From positions 283,212 through 347,211 of the forward strand of contig OZ245063.1 in the NCBI GenBank assembly GCA_965224805.1: DNA of 64,000 bases. The letters are read 5' to 3'. The position numbers and the translations under genes are program-made. A model generated the notes under the pieces. The model had not been told where the DNA came from. It searched no databases and saw nothing but the letters and a program-made list of their open reading frames with translations. Positions 17,584-29,477 of this stretch are shown one piece after another; position 1 is the stretch's first letter; each line of letters opens with the position of its first letter. Source of the DNA: Robiginitomaculum sp. (GTDB taxonomy: Bacteria > Pseudomonadota > Alphaproteobacteria > Caulobacterales > Maricaulaceae).

Positions 17584-18054
17584 ATGTCACGTCGTCACCG
17601 CGCTGAGAAAAGAGAAATTCTACCAGATCCAAAATTTGGTGATCTGGTTCTTTCTAAATTTATGAATGCTATCATGATGCATGGTAAAAAATCTGCTGCT
17701 GAGCAGATTGTTTATGGTGCTCTTGATATTGTTGAGGGAAAAGCCAAAACAGATCCGATTGCTATGTTCCACGACGCGCTTGAAAACATCAAGCCAACGG
17801 TTGAGGTTCGTTCTCGCCGTGTTGGTGGTGCAACGTACCAAGTTCCTGTTGAGGTTCGTGTTGAGCGTCGGCAAGCCTTGGCTATTCGCTGGTTGGTGAC
17901 GGCAAGTCGTAACCGCAATGAGAACACAATGCGGGAGCGTCTCGCAGCTGAATTGATGGATGCGTCCAGTAACCGTGGCAGCGCTGTTAAAAAACGTGAA
18001 GATACACACCGTATGGCGGAAGCCAACCGTGCCTTTGCGCATTACCGTTGGTAG
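17584..18054 (+). CDS. rpsG: 30S ribosomal protein S7
   Basis: 156 aa. [20 protein letters not shown]...[10 protein letters not shown] is canonical S7. Confidence 0.98.
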   Translation: MSRRHRAEKREILPDPKFGDLVLSKFMNAIMMHGKKSAAEQIVYGALDIVEGKAKTDPIAMFHDALENIKPTVEVRSRRVGGATYQVPVEVRVERRQALAIRWLVTASRNRNENTMRERLAAELMDASSNRGSAVKKREDTHRMAEANRAFAHYRW

Positions 18055-18069
18055 GAATTAGAGAATATC

Positions 18070-20154
18070 ATGGCACGCGAATATAAATTAGAAGATTACC
18101 GCAATTTCGGAATTATGGCGCATATTGATGCGGGTAAAACCACATGTACCGAGCGGATACTTTACTATACGGGTAAAAACCACAAAATTGCTGAAGTGCA
18201 TGACGGTGCTGCGACAATGGATTGGATGGAGCAAGAGCAAGAGCGCGGGATTACCATTACGTCTGCTGCTACCACTTGTTTCTGGCGCGGAAAGCGTCTC
18301 AATATTATTGACACACCGGGTCACGTTGACTTTACCATCGAAGTTGAGCGTTCATTGCGTGTATTGGACGGCGCGGTTGCGCTCTTGGATGCCAATGCTG
18401 GTGTGGAGCCACAAACCGAAACGGTTTGGCGTCAAGCGGACAAGTATAATGTGCCGCGTATGATTTTCTGTAATAAAATGGATAAAATCGGTGCTGATTT
18501 CTATGCGTCTTTTGATAGTGTTAAAAAACGCCTTGGCGCGCCTGTGTTGGCGATGCAGTTGCCGATTGGTGCGGAAAACGAATTTAAAGGCATGGTCGAT
18601 TTGATCGAAATGCACGCTTATGTCTGGGCCGATGATGCCGAGTTGGGTGCGAAGTATGATACGATCGAAATCCCTGCCGACCTAGTTGATAAGGCTACTC
18701 AGTACCGCGAAACACTTGTGGAAATGGTTGCCGAGCTTGATGACGATGTCATGGAGGCTTATCTTGAGGGTGAAACGATTGACAATGCGACGCTTAAGCG
18801 TTTGATCCGTAAGGGTACGATTGCCGGTGATCTGGTTCCGATGTTCTGTGGTACGGCCTTTAAGAATAAAGGTGTTCAGCCTTTGCTGGACGCCGTTGTT
18901 GATTATTTGCCAAGCCCTCTGGATATCCCTGCGATTGCGGGTATTGACGTTAAAACAGGCGAAGATACAACTCGTAGAGCTGCTGATGATGAGCCTTTGT
19001 CCTTGCTGGCTTTTAAAATTATGAATGATCCATTTGTAGGTACTTTGACATTCTGCCGTTTGTATTCTGGAGTGCTTGAGTCTGGCACGACTTTGATGAA
19101 TACAGTCAAAGAAAAGCGCGAACGCGTTGGCCGCATGCTGATTATGCACTCTAATGATCGTGACGATATTAAAACGGCCTATGCTGGTGACATTGTGGCG
19201 ATTGCTTCCTTAAAGCAAACCACAACTGGTGACACATTGTCCGATATGAACCATCCAGTTATTCTGGAGCGCATGGAATTCCCTGATCCTGTGATAGAGA
19301 TTTCTGTTGAGCCTAAAACCAAGGCTGACCAGGAAAAGCTAGGCATTGGCTTGCAGCGTTTGGCGGCTGAAGATCCGTCCTTCCGCGTCACAACTGACCA
19401 CGAGTCTGGTCAAACGATTATGGCGGGTATGGGCGAGCTTCATTTGGATATTTTGGTTGACCGTTTAAAGCGTGAATTTGGCGTTGAGGCCAATATTGGC
19501 CAGCCGCAAGTGGCATACCGCGAAACACTTAAAGGACCAATAGATATTGATTATACTCATAAGAAACAATCTGGTGGTTCTGGTCAATTTGGCCGCGTGA
19601 AAATTCGTTTCGAGCCGCTTGAAGCTGGTTCTGGCATTGAATTTGAAAGCACAGTTGTTGGTGGTAATGTTCCTAAGGAGTATATCCCGGGTGTAGAAAA
19701 AGGTATTCGTACCATGGCGGAATCTGGTCTATTGGCGGGTTTCCCAGTTATCGACTTTAAAGCCGAGCTTTATGACGGTGCTTACCATGATGTTGATAGT
19801 TCTGTTATGGCATTTGAAATCGCTGCGCGTGCGGCTTTTCGCGAAGTTGCCAAAGAGGGCGGCGCGAAGCTTTTAGAGCCTATTATGAAGGTCGAAGTTG
19901 TTACGCCTGAAGATTATATGGGCGACGTGATTGGCGATCTTAATTCTCGACGTGGCCAGATTTCGGGTACAGAAGTACGCGGTGTAACGACGGCGATTAA
20001 CGCGATGGTTCCTTTGGCCAACATGTTTGGGTATGTGAGCCGTTTGCGTTCTATGTCCCAAGGTCGTGCGCAATTTACCATGACATTCGATCATTACGAA
20101 ACAACGCCGAAAGCAATTTCGGATGAAGTCATTTCTAAGCAGGGCGGCGCGTAA
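18070..20154 (+). CDS. fusA: elongation factor G
   Basis: 694 aa with the GTPase motifs [17 protein letters not shown] and NKMD. Confidence 0.98.
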   Translation: MAREYKLEDYRNFGIMAHIDAGKTTCTERILYYTGKNHKIAEVHDGAATMDWMEQEQERGITITSAATTCFWRGKRLNIIDTPGHVDFTIEVERSLRVLDGAVALLDANAGVEPQTETVWRQADKYNVPRMIFCNKMDKIGADFYASFDSVKKRLGAPVLAMQLPIGAENEFKGMVDLIEMHAYVWADDAELGAKYDTIEIPADLVDKATQYRETLVEMVAELDDDVMEAYLEGETIDNATLKRLIRKGTIAGDLVPMFCGTAFKNKGVQPLLDAVVDYLPSPLDIPAIAGIDVKTGEDTTRRAADDEPLSLLAFKIMNDPFVGTLTFCRLYSGVLESGTTLMNTVKEKRERVGRMLIMHSNDRDDIKTAYAGDIVAIASLKQTTTGDTLSDMNHPVILERMEFPDPVIEISVEPKTKADQEKLGIGLQRLAAEDPSFRVTTDHESGQTIMAGMGELHLDILVDRLKREFGVEANIGQPQVAYRETLKGPIDIDYTHKKQSGGSGQFGRVKIRFEPLEAGSGIEFESTVVGGNVPKEYIPGVEKGIRTMAESGLLAGFPVIDFKAELYDGAYHDVDSSVMAFEIAARAAFREVAKEGGAKLLEPIMKVEVVTPEDYMGDVIGDLNSRRGQISGTEVRGVTTAINAMVPLANMFGYVSRLRSMSQGRAQFTMTFDHYETTPKAISDEVISKQGGA

Positions 20155-20219
20155 AGCAGACGTAAATATTTTATCGGTCCCGATCATTAGGAATGGACCA
20201 CAAGAAGACGGAGAAAAAA

Positions 20220-21395
20220 ATGGCTAAAGAGAAATTTGAACGTACGAAGCCGCATGCTAATATTGGTACGATTGGTCATGTTGATCATGGTAAGACCACA
20301 TTGACGGCTGCGATTACCAAGTATTTTGGTGATTTTAAAGCTTATGACGAAATCGATGGTGCGCCGGAAGAAAAAGCGCGCGGCATTACCATTTCGACCG
20401 CTCACGTTGAATACGAAACCGAAGCCCGTCACTACGCTCATGTGGATTGTCCGGGACATGCGGATTATGTGAAAAACATGATTACGGGCGCGGCCCAAAT
20501 GGACGGCGCTATTTTGGTGGTTAACGCTGCTGACGGCCCGATGCCGCAAACCCGCGAACATATCTTGCTGGCGCGCCAAGTTGGTGTTCCTGCCCTTGTT
20601 GTTTACATGAATAAGGTTGACCAAGTTGATGACGAAGAATTGCTTGAACTTGTTGAAATGGAAATTCGTGAGCTGCTTAACTCTTATGATTATCCGGGTG
20701 ATGATCTGCCAATTATTGCAGGTTCTGCACTGGCTGCCATGGAAGGCAAAACGCCTGAGATTGGCGAAGAGAGTATTAAAAAGCTAATGGCGGCTGTTGA
20801 CGAATATATCCCGCAGCCTGAACGCGCTATTGATCAGCCGTTCTTGCTTCCTATTGAGGACGTGTTCTCAATTTCTGGTCGCGGTACAGTTGTTACGGGC
20901 CGGGTCGAGCGCGGCGTTATCAATGTTGGTGATAGTATTGAAATCGTTGGTATCAAAGACACGCAAACCACCACATGTACAGGTGTTGAAATGTTCCGCA
21001 AACTGCTTGATCGCGGAGAAGCGGGCGATAATATCGGCGCATTGATCCGTGGTATTGAGCGCGAAAAAGTTGAACGTGGACAGGTTCTTTGTAAGCCAGG
21101 TTCAGTGAACCCGCACAAGAAATTCGTTGGCGAAGCATATATCTTGACCAAAGAAGAAGGCGGACGCCATACACCGTTTTTCACCAATTATCGTCCACAA
21201 TTTTACTTCCGTACTACGGATGTGACTGGCGTTGTGACGCTTAAAAGCGGCGTTGAAATGGTGATGCCTGGTGATAATGTTGAAGTCAATGTAGAGCTGA
21301 TCGTGCCCATCGCAATGGAAGAGAAGCTCCGCTTCGCTATCCGCGAAGGTGGCCGCACAGTCGGCGCCGGTGTTGTCTCTAAAATTGTAGAGTAA
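20220..21395 (+). CDS. tuf: elongation factor Tu
   Basis: [28 protein letters not shown]..., with DCPGHADY and NKVD. The tracked ORF begins 27 nt upstream at 20193, but ATG 20220 gives the canonical N-terminus. Confidence 0.98.
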   Translation: MAKEKFERTKPHANIGTIGHVDHGKTTLTAAITKYFGDFKAYDEIDGAPEEKARGITISTAHVEYETEARHYAHVDCPGHADYVKNMITGAAQMDGAILVVNAADGPMPQTREHILLARQVGVPALVVYMNKVDQVDDEELLELVEMEIRELLNSYDYPGDDLPIIAGSALAAMEGKTPEIGEESIKKLMAAVDEYIPQPERAIDQPFLLPIEDVFSISGRGTVVTGRVERGVINVGDSIEIVGIKDTQTTTCTGVEMFRKLLDRGEAGDNIGALIRGIEREKVERGQVLCKPGSVNPHKKFVGEAYILTKEEGGRHTPFFTNYRPQFYFRTTDVTGVVTLKSGVEMVMPGDNVEVNVELIVPIAMEEKLRFAIREGGRTVGAGVVSKIVE

Positions 21396-21403
21396 AGTTT
21401 ATC

Positions 21404-21433
21404 GGAGTGTTCGCAAGGACACTCCATTTTTAT
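21404..21433 (+). terminator. hairpin with T-run after tuf (partial terminator or attenuator before the S10 operon)
   Basis: GGAGTGTtcgcaaggACACTCC followed by ATTTTTATT. Confidence 0.5.
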
Positions 21434-21455
21434 TGAGTAATTCGGAACGAATATT

Positions 21456-21770
21456 ATGGAACGTCAAAATATACGCATACGGCTTAAGGCCTTCGACCAC
21501 AGAATTTTGGATCATTCGACCCAAGAGATTGTGGCTACTGCCAAGCGCACAGGCGCGCAAGTTCGCGGCCCCATTCCGTTGCCGACTCGCATCGAAAAGT
21601 TTACCGTTAACCGTTCGCCGCATGTGAATAAGAAATCTCGTGAACAATTCGAAATTCGTACCCATAAACGTATGCTCGATATTGTTGATCCAACCCCGCA
21701 AACCGTAGACGCGCTGATGAAGCTCGACTTGGCTGCTGGTGTGGACGTTGAAATTAAGTTGGGAGCATAG
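21456..21770 (+). CDS. rpsJ: 30S ribosomal protein S10
   Basis: 104 aa. [14 protein letters not shown]...[19 protein letters not shown]. Confidence 0.97.
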   Translation: MERQNIRIRLKAFDHRILDHSTQEIVATAKRTGAQVRGPIPLPTRIEKFTVNRSPHVNKKSREQFEIRTHKRMLDIVDPTPQTVDALMKLDLAAGVDVEIKLGA

Positions 21771-21772
21771 TT

Positions 21773-22765
21773 ATGCAACGCTCAGGATTAGTTGCTAAAA
21801 AACTCGGCATGACCCGTATCTTTACGGACGAAGGTGTGCATGTGCCTGTGACTGTGTTGGCCCTTGAGGGTTGCCAGATCGTAGCCCACAAAACACAAGA
21901 CCGCGACGGTTATACGGCCTTACAATTAGGTGCAGGCACTGCCAAAGTGAAACGGGTATCTAAGGCCGAGCGGGAACGCTTTGCCAAGGCGAACGTCGCG
22001 CCGAAGCAAAAATTGGTTGAATTTCGCATTGATGCAGACGGTTTTATTGATATTGGCGCCGAAATGACGGCTGACCATTTTGTTGTTGGTCAAAAAGTTG
22101 ATGTTTCTGGTGTTTCCATCGGTAAGGGTTTTGCTGGCGCCATGAAGCGTCATAACTTTAGCGGACTTCGCGCTACCCACGGTGTATCTATTTCCCATAG
22201 GTCCCACGGCTCAACGGGCCAGTGTCAAGATCCGGGTAAAGTGTTTAAAGGTAAGAAAATGGCTGGCCATATGGGTGCGGTTCGTGTGACAACCCAAAAT
22301 GTTGAAATTGCTCGCGTTGACGTCGATGACGGCCTTGTCCTTGTTCGCGGCGCGGTACCGGGTTCTAAAGGAACGTGGATTGAAATTCGCGACGCGGTTA
22401 AAGGTGTGAAAGCAAATGATTTACCAACACCGGGTAAATTTAAAGTGGCTGCTAAGCCTGAACCTAAAGCTGAAAAAACAGCTCCTGCTGCTGACTTTGT
22501 TGACGCAGTTGTTCTTATCGACGGTATTGGCCCGAAGGGTGAAGAAGTCTTAGAAGCTGCTGGTATTACCAAGCTGAGCCAAGTGGCGGCATGGAGTGCT
22601 GACGACATCAAAGCGATTGAAGAAAAAATCGGTAAAGACGGTGTTGTCGCCAAAGAGCAGTGGGTTGAGCAAGCCAAAGAAATGATTGGCGGCGCGCAGC
22701 CACGTGCCAAAGTCGATCAGGACTTAAAAGCAAAAATGCTGAAATCATCAGGCGAGGAAGAATAA
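21773..22765 (+). CDS. rplC: 50S ribosomal protein L3 with an unusual C-terminal extension of about 100 aa
   Basis: Residues 1 to about 215 are canonical L3 ([10 protein letters not shown]..., [22 protein letters not shown]). These are followed by an A/K/P linker and an extra module, [40 protein letters not shown]...[13 protein letters not shown]. Confidence 0.93.
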   Translation: MQRSGLVAKKLGMTRIFTDEGVHVPVTVLALEGCQIVAHKTQDRDGYTALQLGAGTAKVKRVSKAERERFAKANVAPKQKLVEFRIDADGFIDIGAEMTADHFVVGQKVDVSGVSIGKGFAGAMKRHNFSGLRATHGVSISHRSHGSTGQCQDPGKVFKGKKMAGHMGAVRVTTQNVEIARVDVDDGLVLVRGAVPGSKGTWIEIRDAVKGVKANDLPTPGKFKVAAKPEPKAEKTAPAADFVDAVVLIDGIGPKGEEVLEAAGITKLSQVAAWSADDIKAIEEKIGKDGVVAKEQWVEQAKEMIGGAQPRAKVDQDLKAKMLKSSGEEE

Positions 22766-22767
22766 TC

Positions 22768-23388
22768 ATGAAACTTGATGTGCAAACATTAGCCGCCAAA
22801 AAATCAGGGTCTGTGACCTTGGATGACGGTATTTTCGGCCTAGAGCCGCGTAAGGATTTGCTGCACCGCATGGTGCGCTATCAACTGGCAAAACGTCAGT
22901 CTGGTAATCACTACACCCAAGAACGTGGTGACGTGAAAAAGACAACCAAGCGGATTGGCAATCAAAAAGGCGGCGGTACGGCCCGTCATGGTAATGGTGC
23001 GGTTTCGCAGTTCCGTGGTGGTGGTAAAGCCCACGGCCCGCGTGTACGTTCACATGCTCACGGTCTGCCGAAAAAAGTACGTGCAGCCGCACTTCGCCAT
23101 GCATTGTCTGCAAAGGTGACTGCGGGCGAGCTTATTATTCTTGATGACGCGGTCATGAAGGCTCCTAAAACAGCAGATTTGAAAAAATCCTTAAGCAAGC
23201 TTGGTCTTGAAAACACGCTCATCATTTCTGGTGCTCAGGTTGATGAAAACTTTGCCAAGGCCGCAAACAATATTCCTAACCTAGACGTTTTGCCAAGCCA
23301 GGGCGCAAATGTGTACGACATTCTTCGTCGGCATAATTTGGTCTTAACGAAGCAGGCCGTTACCGATTTGGAGGCACGTTTGTCATGA
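22768..23388 (+). CDS. rplD: 50S ribosomal protein L4
   Basis: 206 aa. [25 protein letters not shown]. Confidence 0.97.
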   Translation: MKLDVQTLAAKKSGSVTLDDGIFGLEPRKDLLHRMVRYQLAKRQSGNHYTQERGDVKKTTKRIGNQKGGGTARHGNGAVSQFRGGGKAHGPRVRSHAHGLPKKVRAAALRHALSAKVTAGELIILDDAVMKAPKTADLKKSLSKLGLENTLIISGAQVDENFAKAANNIPNLDVLPSQGANVYDILRRHNLVLTKQAVTDLEARLS

Positions 23389-23681
23389 GTGTAGCTGCCC
23401 GTCATTACGATACAATTGTAAGCCCGGTAATCACCGAAAAATCTACGATTGTATCTGAACATAATCAGGTCATCTTTGAAGTTGCGATTAACGCCACCAA
23501 AGCTGAGATCAAAGAAGCTGTCGAGACTTTGTTTAAAGTCAGCGTGACAGCCGTTAACACCATGCGTGTCAAAGGTAAAACCAAGCGTTTTCGCGGGATT
23601 GCTGGACGCCGTAAGGATATCAAAAAAGCTGTCATTACGTTGAAAGACGGTGACACAATTGATATTTCAACAGGACTATAG
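23385..23681 (+). CDS. rplW: 50S ribosomal protein L23
   Basis: 98 aa. It has a 4-nt overlap with rplD and contains VITEKST...[17 protein letters not shown]. Confidence 0.96.
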   Translation: MSVAARHYDTIVSPVITEKSTIVSEHNQVIFEVAINATKAEIKEAVETLFKVSVTAVNTMRVKGKTKRFRGIAGRRKDIKKAVITLKDGDTIDISTGL

Positions 23682-23690
23682 AGGGTAAAA

Positions 23691-24530
23691 ATGGCTTTAA
23701 AGACATATAATCCTACCTCACCCTCGCGCCGTGCGCTTGTACAGGTAGATCGCTCCGCCCTTTATAAAGGCAAGCCCGAAAAGGCTTTAACCGAAGGCTT
23801 GTCCAAAAAAGGTGGTCGTAACAATCGGGGGCGCATTACGTCTCGCCGCCAAGGTGGTGGTCATAAGCGCTCTTACCGCATTATAGATTTTAAGCGGACT
23901 AAATTTGACGTGCCAGCAACGGTTCTTAACATTCAATATGACCCGAACAGGACAGCGTTTATTGCCTTGATCGAATATGCTGACGGCGAAAAAACCTATA
24001 TCCTAGCGCCGCAGCGTTTGGGTGAGGGTGATAAAGTTATCGCGGGCGCAAGTGTTGATGTGAAGCCGGGCAATGCCATGCCGCTCCGCGCCATGCCTGT
24101 TGGCACGATCATGCACAATGTTGAAATGAAGCCAGGTAAAGGTGGTCAAATTGCCCGCTCTGCTGGTGCATATGTTCAACTTGTTGGTCGTGATGGTGGC
24201 TACGCGCAGGTTCGTCTTAAATCTGGCGAAATGCGGATGATCCACCAAAATTGTATGGCGACAGTTGGCGCGGTTTCAAATCCAGATCACATGAATATTA
24301 ATTTGGGTAAGGCTGGCCGAAAACGCTGGCTTGGCGTGAGACCAAGTGTTCGCGGCGTTGCCATGAACCCGGTTGACCATCCCCACGGTGGTGGTGAAGG
24401 TCGGACTTCTGGTGGTCGCCATCCTGTGACACCTTGGGGTAAGCCGACAAAAGGGGCGCGGACGCGCTCCAACAAATCGAGTGATAAATTTATTATACGT
24501 TCGCGTCACGCGAAGAAGAAGGGTAGATAA
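23691..24530 (+). CDS. rplB: 50S ribosomal protein L2
   Basis: 279 aa. [26 protein letters not shown]. Confidence 0.98.
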   Translation: MALKTYNPTSPSRRALVQVDRSALYKGKPEKALTEGLSKKGGRNNRGRITSRRQGGGHKRSYRIIDFKRTKFDVPATVLNIQYDPNRTAFIALIEYADGEKTYILAPQRLGEGDKVIAGASVDVKPGNAMPLRAMPVGTIMHNVEMKPGKGGQIARSAGAYVQLVGRDGGYAQVRLKSGEMRMIHQNCMATVGAVSNPDHMNINLGKAGRKRWLGVRPSVRGVAMNPVDHPHGGGEGRTSGGRHPVTPWGKPTKGARTRSNKSSDKFIIRSRHAKKKGR

Positions 24531-24533
24531 GAT

Positions 24534-24812
24534 ATGCCACGTTCTGTATGGAAAGGGCCGTTTGTTGATGGATATCTGCTAAAAAAAGCAGAAGCATCAC
24601 ATGCCGAGGGCCGCAAGAAGCCGATCAAAACCTGGTCGCGTCGTTCAACTATTTTGCCACACTTTGTTGGTTTGACATTTCAAGTCCACAATGGTCGCAA
24701 GTTCATTCCTGTTGTTATCAATGAGGACATGGTTGGTCACAAACTTGGCGAATTTGCGCCAACCCGTTCCTATTTTGGTCACGGTGGCGATAAAAAAGCG
24801 AAACGGAGCTAG
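24534..24812 (+). CDS. rpsS: 30S ribosomal protein S19
   Basis: 92 aa. [12 protein letters not shown]...[10 protein letters not shown]. Confidence 0.98.
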   Translation: MPRSVWKGPFVDGYLLKKAEASHAEGRKKPIKTWSRRSTILPHFVGLTFQVHNGRKFIPVVINEDMVGHKLGEFAPTRSYFGHGGDKKAKRS

Positions 24813-24814
24813 AT

Positions 24815-25198
24815 ATGTCCAGTTCTAAAAATCCACGCCGCGTAGGTGATAACGAAGCTATGGCGAAACTGCGTATGCTGCGCACAAGCCCGCAAAAACT
24901 TAACCTTGTCGCGCAAATGATTCGTGGCAAGAAGGTGCAAAATGCACTCGACGATTTGACGTTTTCGCGTAAACGCATCGCGAAAGACGTTTACAAATGT
25001 CTTTATTCTGCGGCTTCAAATGCTGAAAATAATCACGGTCTTGACCTTGATAGCCTCGTGGTTTCCGAAGCTTATGTCGGTAAAAACCTTGTGATGAAAC
25101 GCTTCCGTGCCCGTGCACGTGGTCGGGGTGCTCAAATTTTAAAACCGTTTTCTGAGTTGACCATTGTTGTCCGCCAAGTTGAAGAGGAGGCTGCGTAA
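24815..25198 (+). CDS. rplV: 50S ribosomal protein L22
   Basis: 127 aa. [19 protein letters not shown]...[12 protein letters not shown]. Confidence 0.97.
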   Translation: MSSSKNPRRVGDNEAMAKLRMLRTSPQKLNLVAQMIRGKKVQNALDDLTFSRKRIAKDVYKCLYSAASNAENNHGLDLDSLVVSEAYVGKNLVMKRFRARARGRGAQILKPFSELTIVVRQVEEEAA

Positions 25199-25962
25199 TG
25201 GGTCAGAAAGTAAATCCGATTGGGCTTCGCCTCGGTATTAACCGCACATGGGAATCTCGTTGGTACGCCAATACTGCTGAATACGGCAATTTATTGCATG
25301 ATGATCTCGCTATGCGCGCTTTCATTGTAAAAGAGCTAAAAGCTGCCTCTATTTCTCGCGTTATTATCGAACGCCCGCATAAAAAATGCCGCATTACAAT
25401 TTACACGGCGCGTCCGGGTGTTGTGATTGGTAAAAAAGGTGGCGACATCGAGAAGCTTCGTAAGAAACTCGCCGATATTGCCGAGTGTGAAGTGTTCCTC
25501 AATCTAGTCGAAGTTCGCAAACCTGAAGTTGATGCCAATATTGTTGCTGATAGTATTGCCCAACAGCTAGAGCGTCGCGTATCTTATCGCCGCGCTATGA
25601 AGCGCTCATTGCAATCTGCAATGCGTATGGGTGCGATTGGCTGTAAAATGAAACTTGGTGGTCGTTTGGGCGGTGTTGAAATTGCCCGTGTTGAGCAATA
25701 CCAAGAAGGCAGTGTGCCTCTCCATACGTTGCGTGCCGACATTGATTACGGAACTGCGCGTGCCATGACGACAATGGGTATTATCGGGATCAAAGTTTGG
25801 ATTAATAAGGGCGAAATTTTGGAACATGATCCATATGCTCAAGAAAAACGTATGAATGCGCAAGACGCTCGTGGTGGTGGTCGTGGGCCAAGCCGTGGTG
25901 GTGCTGGTAATCGTGACCGTGGTGGTGACCGTGGCGGTCGCCGTCCTGCGCGTGCAAATTAA
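25198..25962 (+). CDS. rpsC: 30S ribosomal protein S3 with an RGG-rich C-terminal tail
   Basis: 254 aa. [24 protein letters not shown]... is canonical S3. The tail is [31 protein letters not shown]. Confidence 0.97.
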   Translation: MGQKVNPIGLRLGINRTWESRWYANTAEYGNLLHDDLAMRAFIVKELKAASISRVIIERPHKKCRITIYTARPGVVIGKKGGDIEKLRKKLADIAECEVFLNLVEVRKPEVDANIVADSIAQQLERRVSYRRAMKRSLQSAMRMGAIGCKMKLGGRLGGVEIARVEQYQEGSVPLHTLRADIDYGTARAMTTMGIIGIKVWINKGEILEHDPYAQEKRMNAQDARGGGRGPSRGGAGNRDRGGDRGGRRPARAN

Positions 25963-25975
25963 GAGAGATTTTTAA

Positions 25976-26389
25976 ATGTTACAGCCAAAACGTACAAAAT
26001 TTCGCAAAGCCCATAAGGGCCGGATCAAGGGTGTTGCCAAAGGCGGCACAGATTTGAACTTCGGATCATATGGTCTAAAAGCATTAGAGCCGAGCCGTGT
26101 AACAGCGCGCCAGATCGAGGCAACACGCCGCGCCGTTACCCGCCATATGAAACGGGCTGGACGTGTATGGATACGCATTTTCCCTGATGTACCCGTAACA
26201 AAAAAACCAACCGAAGTTCGGATGGGTAAAGGTAAGGGTAGCGTGGAGTTTTGGGCCGCTAAAGTGAAGCCTGGCCGAATCATGTTTGAAATTGATGGTG
26301 TTACCGATGAAGTTGCGCGCCAAGCGTTAACTTTGGGTGCTGCCAAACTGCCAATTAAGTGTAAAATCGTTACACGCCCAGGTGAATAA
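25976..26389 (+). CDS. rplP: 50S ribosomal protein L16
   Basis: 137 aa. [19 protein letters not shown]. Confidence 0.98.
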   Translation: MLQPKRTKFRKAHKGRIKGVAKGGTDLNFGSYGLKALEPSRVTARQIEATRRAVTRHMKRAGRVWIRIFPDVPVTKKPTEVRMGKGKGSVEFWAAKVKPGRIMFEIDGVTDEVARQALTLGAAKLPIKCKIVTRPGE

Positions 26390-26431
26390 TAGAGACGAAT
26401 AATAGAGACGAATAAAAGAAAAGTAGAGACG
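26385..26431. repeat. 13-bp tandem duplication plus a degenerate third copy in the rplP-rpmC spacer
   Basis: AATAATAGAGACG occurs twice (26385-26397 and 26398-26410), followed by AATAAAAGAAAAGTAGAGACG. The first copy overlaps the rplP stop codon. Confidence 0.8.
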
Positions 26432-26436
26432 TACCC

Positions 26437-26643
26437 ATGAATGTTACAGACATACGCGCAATGAGCGAAGATCAACTGGGCGAGCAATTGCTCAAGTTGA
26501 AAAAAGAACAGTTTAACTTGCGCTTTCAGCAAGCCACTGGTCAGCTTGAAAAAACGGCAGCATTTCGCATCGTACGACGCGATATTGCCAAGGTTAAAAC
26601 TATTCAAAGCGAGCTTAAAGCCGCTGCAAAAGCTAAGAAGTAG
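26437..26643 (+). CDS. rpmC: 50S ribosomal protein L29
   Basis: 68 aa. [20 protein letters not shown]. Confidence 0.96.
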   Translation: MNVTDIRAMSEDQLGEQLLKLKKEQFNLRFQQATGQLEKTAAFRIVRRDIAKVKTIQSELKAAAKAKK

Positions 26644-26652
26644 GGGCTAGAT

Positions 26653-26883
26653 ATGCCAAGACGAATTTTACAAGGCGTGGTCGTGAGCGACAAGGGTGAC
26701 AAGACAATCGTTGTCCGTGTTGACCGTACATATATACATCCATTGCAAAAGAAAATTTTGCGTAAGTCAAAGAAATACCATGCGCATGATGAAGCGAATT
26801 CTGTGAAGGAGGGCGATATTGTCCAAATCCGCGAATGTCCGCCAAAGTCGAAATTAAAGCGTTGGGAGTTGGTCGCTGGTTAG
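26653..26883 (+). CDS. rpsQ: 30S ribosomal protein S17
   Basis: 76 aa. [20 protein letters not shown]...YHAHDE. Confidence 0.97.
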   Translation: MPRRILQGVVVSDKGDKTIVVRVDRTYIHPLQKKILRKSKKYHAHDEANSVKEGDIVQIRECPPKSKLKRWELVAG

Positions 26884-26915
26884 TCCAGAGACCATCTTTA
26901 AAAAAGAGGTTTATT

Positions 26916-27284
26916 ATGATTCAAATGCAATCAAATTTAGATATCGCCGATAATTCTGGCGCGCGCCGTGTTCAGTGTATCAAGGTGCTTGGTGGTTCAC
27001 ATCGTCGTTACGCAAGTGTTGGCGATACAATTGTCGTTTCCATCAAGGAAGCTTTGCCGCGCTCTAAAGTAAAAAAAGGCGAAGTCCGTAAAGCAATCGT
27101 TGTGCGGGTTCGCAAAGATATTCAACGCGCAGATGGTAGCGTCATTCGGTTTGACGGTAATGCGGCTGTGATAATTAACAATAATGGTGAGCCTTTGGGC
27201 ACACGGATTTTTGGGCCAGTTCCGCGCGAGCTTCGCGCTAAGAACCACATGAAAATCGTGTCTTTGGCTCCGGAGGTGCTCTAA
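26916..27284 (+). CDS. rplN: 50S ribosomal protein L14
   Basis: ATG 26916 gives the canonical [18 protein letters not shown]. The tracked ORF start at 26835 overlaps rpsQ and is not used. Confidence 0.97.
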   Translation: MIQMQSNLDIADNSGARRVQCIKVLGGSHRRYASVGDTIVVSIKEALPRSKVKKGEVRKAIVVRVRKDIQRADGSVIRFDGNAAVIINNNGEPLGTRIFGPVPRELRAKNHMKIVSLAPEVL

Positions 27285-27613
27285 TGGCTGCCAAGATTAA
27301 AAAGGGCGATTTTGTCCAAATGATTTCCGGTTCTTTGAAGAACGGAAAAGGTAAAAAAGGTGAAGTCTTGCGCGTTTTCACAAAAGAAAACCGTGTGCTT
27401 GTAGCTGGTCTGAATATGGTCAAGCGTCATGTGCGCCCAACTCAAGCTGATCCTGATGGTGGTGTTAAAACTTTTGAAGCGCCAATTGATGTTTCAAATG
27501 TAGCTCACCTTGACCCGAAAGACGGCAAGCCAACACGCATTGGTTTTAAAACGCTTAAAGACGGTAAAAAAGTACGTTTCGCGAAACGCTCAGGAGAAGT
27601 GATCGATGACTAA
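27284..27613 (+). CDS. rplX: 50S ribosomal protein L24
   Basis: 109 aa with a KOW motif ([23 protein letters not shown]). Confidence 0.96.
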   Translation: MAAKIKKGDFVQMISGSLKNGKGKKGEVLRVFTKENRVLVAGLNMVKRHVRPTQADPDGGVKTFEAPIDVSNVAHLDPKDGKPTRIGFKTLKDGKKVRFAKRSGEVIDD

Positions 27614-28163
27614 TACTTACGAGCCAAGGCTTTCAATTCGTTACCGCGAGAAAATTCGCGAGAAAATGAAAGCACAATTTGGTTATTCAAATGATATGCA
27701 AATTCCGCGTATCACCAAAGTTGTCCTTAATATGGGTGTTGGTGAAGCTGTGGGTGATAGCAAGAAAATTAAATCGGCACTTGGCGATATGGAATTGATC
27801 GCGGGTCAAAAGCCTGTCGGTACGAAAGCCAAAAGCTCGATTGCGGGCTTTAAGCTCCGCGAGGAAATGCTTATCGGTGCAAAAGTGACACTGCGCCGTA
27901 ACCGCATGTATGAATTTATTGACCGTCTTACCAATGTGGCTCTGCCGCGTGTACGAGATTTTCGCGGTCTGAATGCAAAAAGTTTTGATGGCAATGGCAA
28001 TTTTGCCATGGGTCTTAAAGAGCACATCGTGTTTCCAGAAATTGACTATGATAAAGTGGATAGCATGCGCGGTATGGATATTGTTGTGTGTACCACAGCA
28101 AAAACTGATGAAGAAGCAAAGGCACTGTTGGCTGAGTTCGACTTCCCGTTTCCAAAGAAATAG
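27606..28163 (+). CDS. rplE: 50S ribosomal protein L5
   Basis: 185 aa. [15 protein letters not shown]...[21 protein letters not shown]. Confidence 0.97.
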   Translation: MTNTYEPRLSIRYREKIREKMKAQFGYSNDMQIPRITKVVLNMGVGEAVGDSKKIKSALGDMELIAGQKPVGTKAKSSIAGFKLREEMLIGAKVTLRRNRMYEFIDRLTNVALPRVRDFRGLNAKSFDGNGNFAMGLKEHIVFPEIDYDKVDSMRGMDIVVCTTAKTDEEAKALLAEFDFPFPKK

Positions 28164-28221
28164 GTAGGCGGTCTAACGCAACAGGCAAAGCGGGCGTCAT
28201 GCCCAGCAAATGGAGAAATAA

Positions 28222-28527
28222 ATGGCTAAAGTAAGCGCAGTAGAGCGTAACTTAAAAAGACAATTACTTGTGATTAAATATGCAGACAAGCGTGCAGAAT
28301 TAAAAGCAATTGCGCGCAATACGGAATTGCCCGTCGAAGAGCGTTTTGCAGCGCAGATTAAACTATCTGAATTGCCGCGTAATTCAGCCCCGACACGTGT
28401 GCGTAACCGTTGTCAGGTAACAGGTCGTCCACGCGGCTATTACCGCAAAATGAAAATGTCTCGGATCGCCCTTCGTGAGCTTGGCTCGCAAGGCCTGCTT
28501 CCTGGTCTCTTGAAATCTAGTTGGTAG
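28222..28527 (+). CDS. rpsN: 30S ribosomal protein S14 (long, non-zinc type)
   Basis: 101 aa. [28 protein letters not shown]...KSSW. Confidence 0.97.
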   Translation: MAKVSAVERNLKRQLLVIKYADKRAELKAIARNTELPVEERFAAQIKLSELPRNSAPTRVRNRCQVTGRPRGYYRKMKMSRIALRELGSQGLLPGLLKSSW

Positions 28528-28536
28528 GAGAGAACT

Positions 28537-28932
28537 ATGTCATTTAGTGATCCTCTTGGTGATATGCTCACCCGCATCCGCAATTCATTAATGCGCGGTA
28601 AGTCCAAATGTAACACACCAGCCTCGAACCTTCGCGGCCGTGTTCTTGATGTGTTAGTTGACGAGGGATATCTTCGCAGCTACGCAATGGTTGAAAAGGA
28701 TGGTTTTAAGGAATTTGAAATCGAGCTTAAATATTTTGAAGGTGCGCCGGTTATCCAAGATATCGCACGTGTGTCCAAACCTGGTCGCCGTGTGTATTCT
28801 TCGGTGAAAAGCTTGCCGCAAATTCGTAATGGTCTTGGAATTGCGATCCTGTCGACGCCTAAAGGTGTGATGTCTGATGATGTTGCCCGTAAGGAAAATG
28901 TCGGCGGCGAAATTCTTTGCCAAGTGTCGTAG
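28537..28932 (+). CDS. rpsH: 30S ribosomal protein S8
   Basis: 131 aa. [13 protein letters not shown]...GGEILCQVS. Confidence 0.97.
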   Translation: MSFSDPLGDMLTRIRNSLMRGKSKCNTPASNLRGRVLDVLVDEGYLRSYAMVEKDGFKEFEIELKYFEGAPVIQDIARVSKPGRRVYSSVKSLPQIRNGLGIAILSTPKGVMSDDVARKENVGGEILCQVS

Positions 28933-28941
28933 GGGAGATTT

Positions 28942-29475
28942 ATGTCACGTATTGGTAAAAATCCTGTCACTGTTCCATCTGGCGTTACGCTGGATGTGGA
29001 CGGACAAACTGTAACTGTAAAAGGCCCAAAGGGTGAGCTTAGCTTTACTCTGCCAAATGCTGTGAAAGGTGCTCTTGAAGGCGATAAATTTATTGTAACA
29101 CCAAATGCAAACGATAAACTTTCTCGCTCAATGTGGGGTATGAGCCGCTCAATGGTTGCCAACCTCATCGAGGGTGTCACAAACGGTTTCCAAAAAAACT
29201 TGGAACTTCGCGGTGTTGGTTACCGGGCGCAAGCCAAGGGCACTGGCATTGTCATGCAGCTTGGTTATTCCCACGAGATTAATTATACTCCGCCAGAAGG
29301 CATTAAGTTGACCGTGCCAAAATCAACAGAGATTCAGGTCACGGGCATTAACAAGCAGATGGTTGGTCAAGTGGCCGCTGTCATTCGTAGCTATAGAAAA
29401 CCAGAGCCTTATAAAGGCAAGGGTGTTCGCTATGAAGGTGAATTTGTACGCAGTAAAGAAGGTAAGAAGAAGTAG
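28942..29475 (+). CDS. rplF: 50S ribosomal protein L6
   Basis: 177 aa. [15 protein letters not shown]...[11 protein letters not shown]. Confidence 0.97.
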   Translation: MSRIGKNPVTVPSGVTLDVDGQTVTVKGPKGELSFTLPNAVKGALEGDKFIVTPNANDKLSRSMWGMSRSMVANLIEGVTNGFQKNLELRGVGYRAQAKGTGIVMQLGYSHEINYTPPEGIKLTVPKSTEIQVTGINKQMVGQVAAVIRSYRKPEPYKGKGVRYEGEFVRSKEGKKK

Positions 29476-29477
29476 TC

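Noticed and set aside
20193-20219. N-terminal extension of tuf (MDHKKTEKK) and the similar upstream extension of rplN (26835-26915)
   Set aside because: The internal ATGs at 20220 and 26916 give the universally conserved N-termini MAKEKF... and MIQMQS.... The rplN extension would also overlap rpsQ.
20187-20624. 145-aa ORF antisense to the 5' part of tuf
   Set aside because: It is a shadow ORF opposite one of the most conserved genes in the window.
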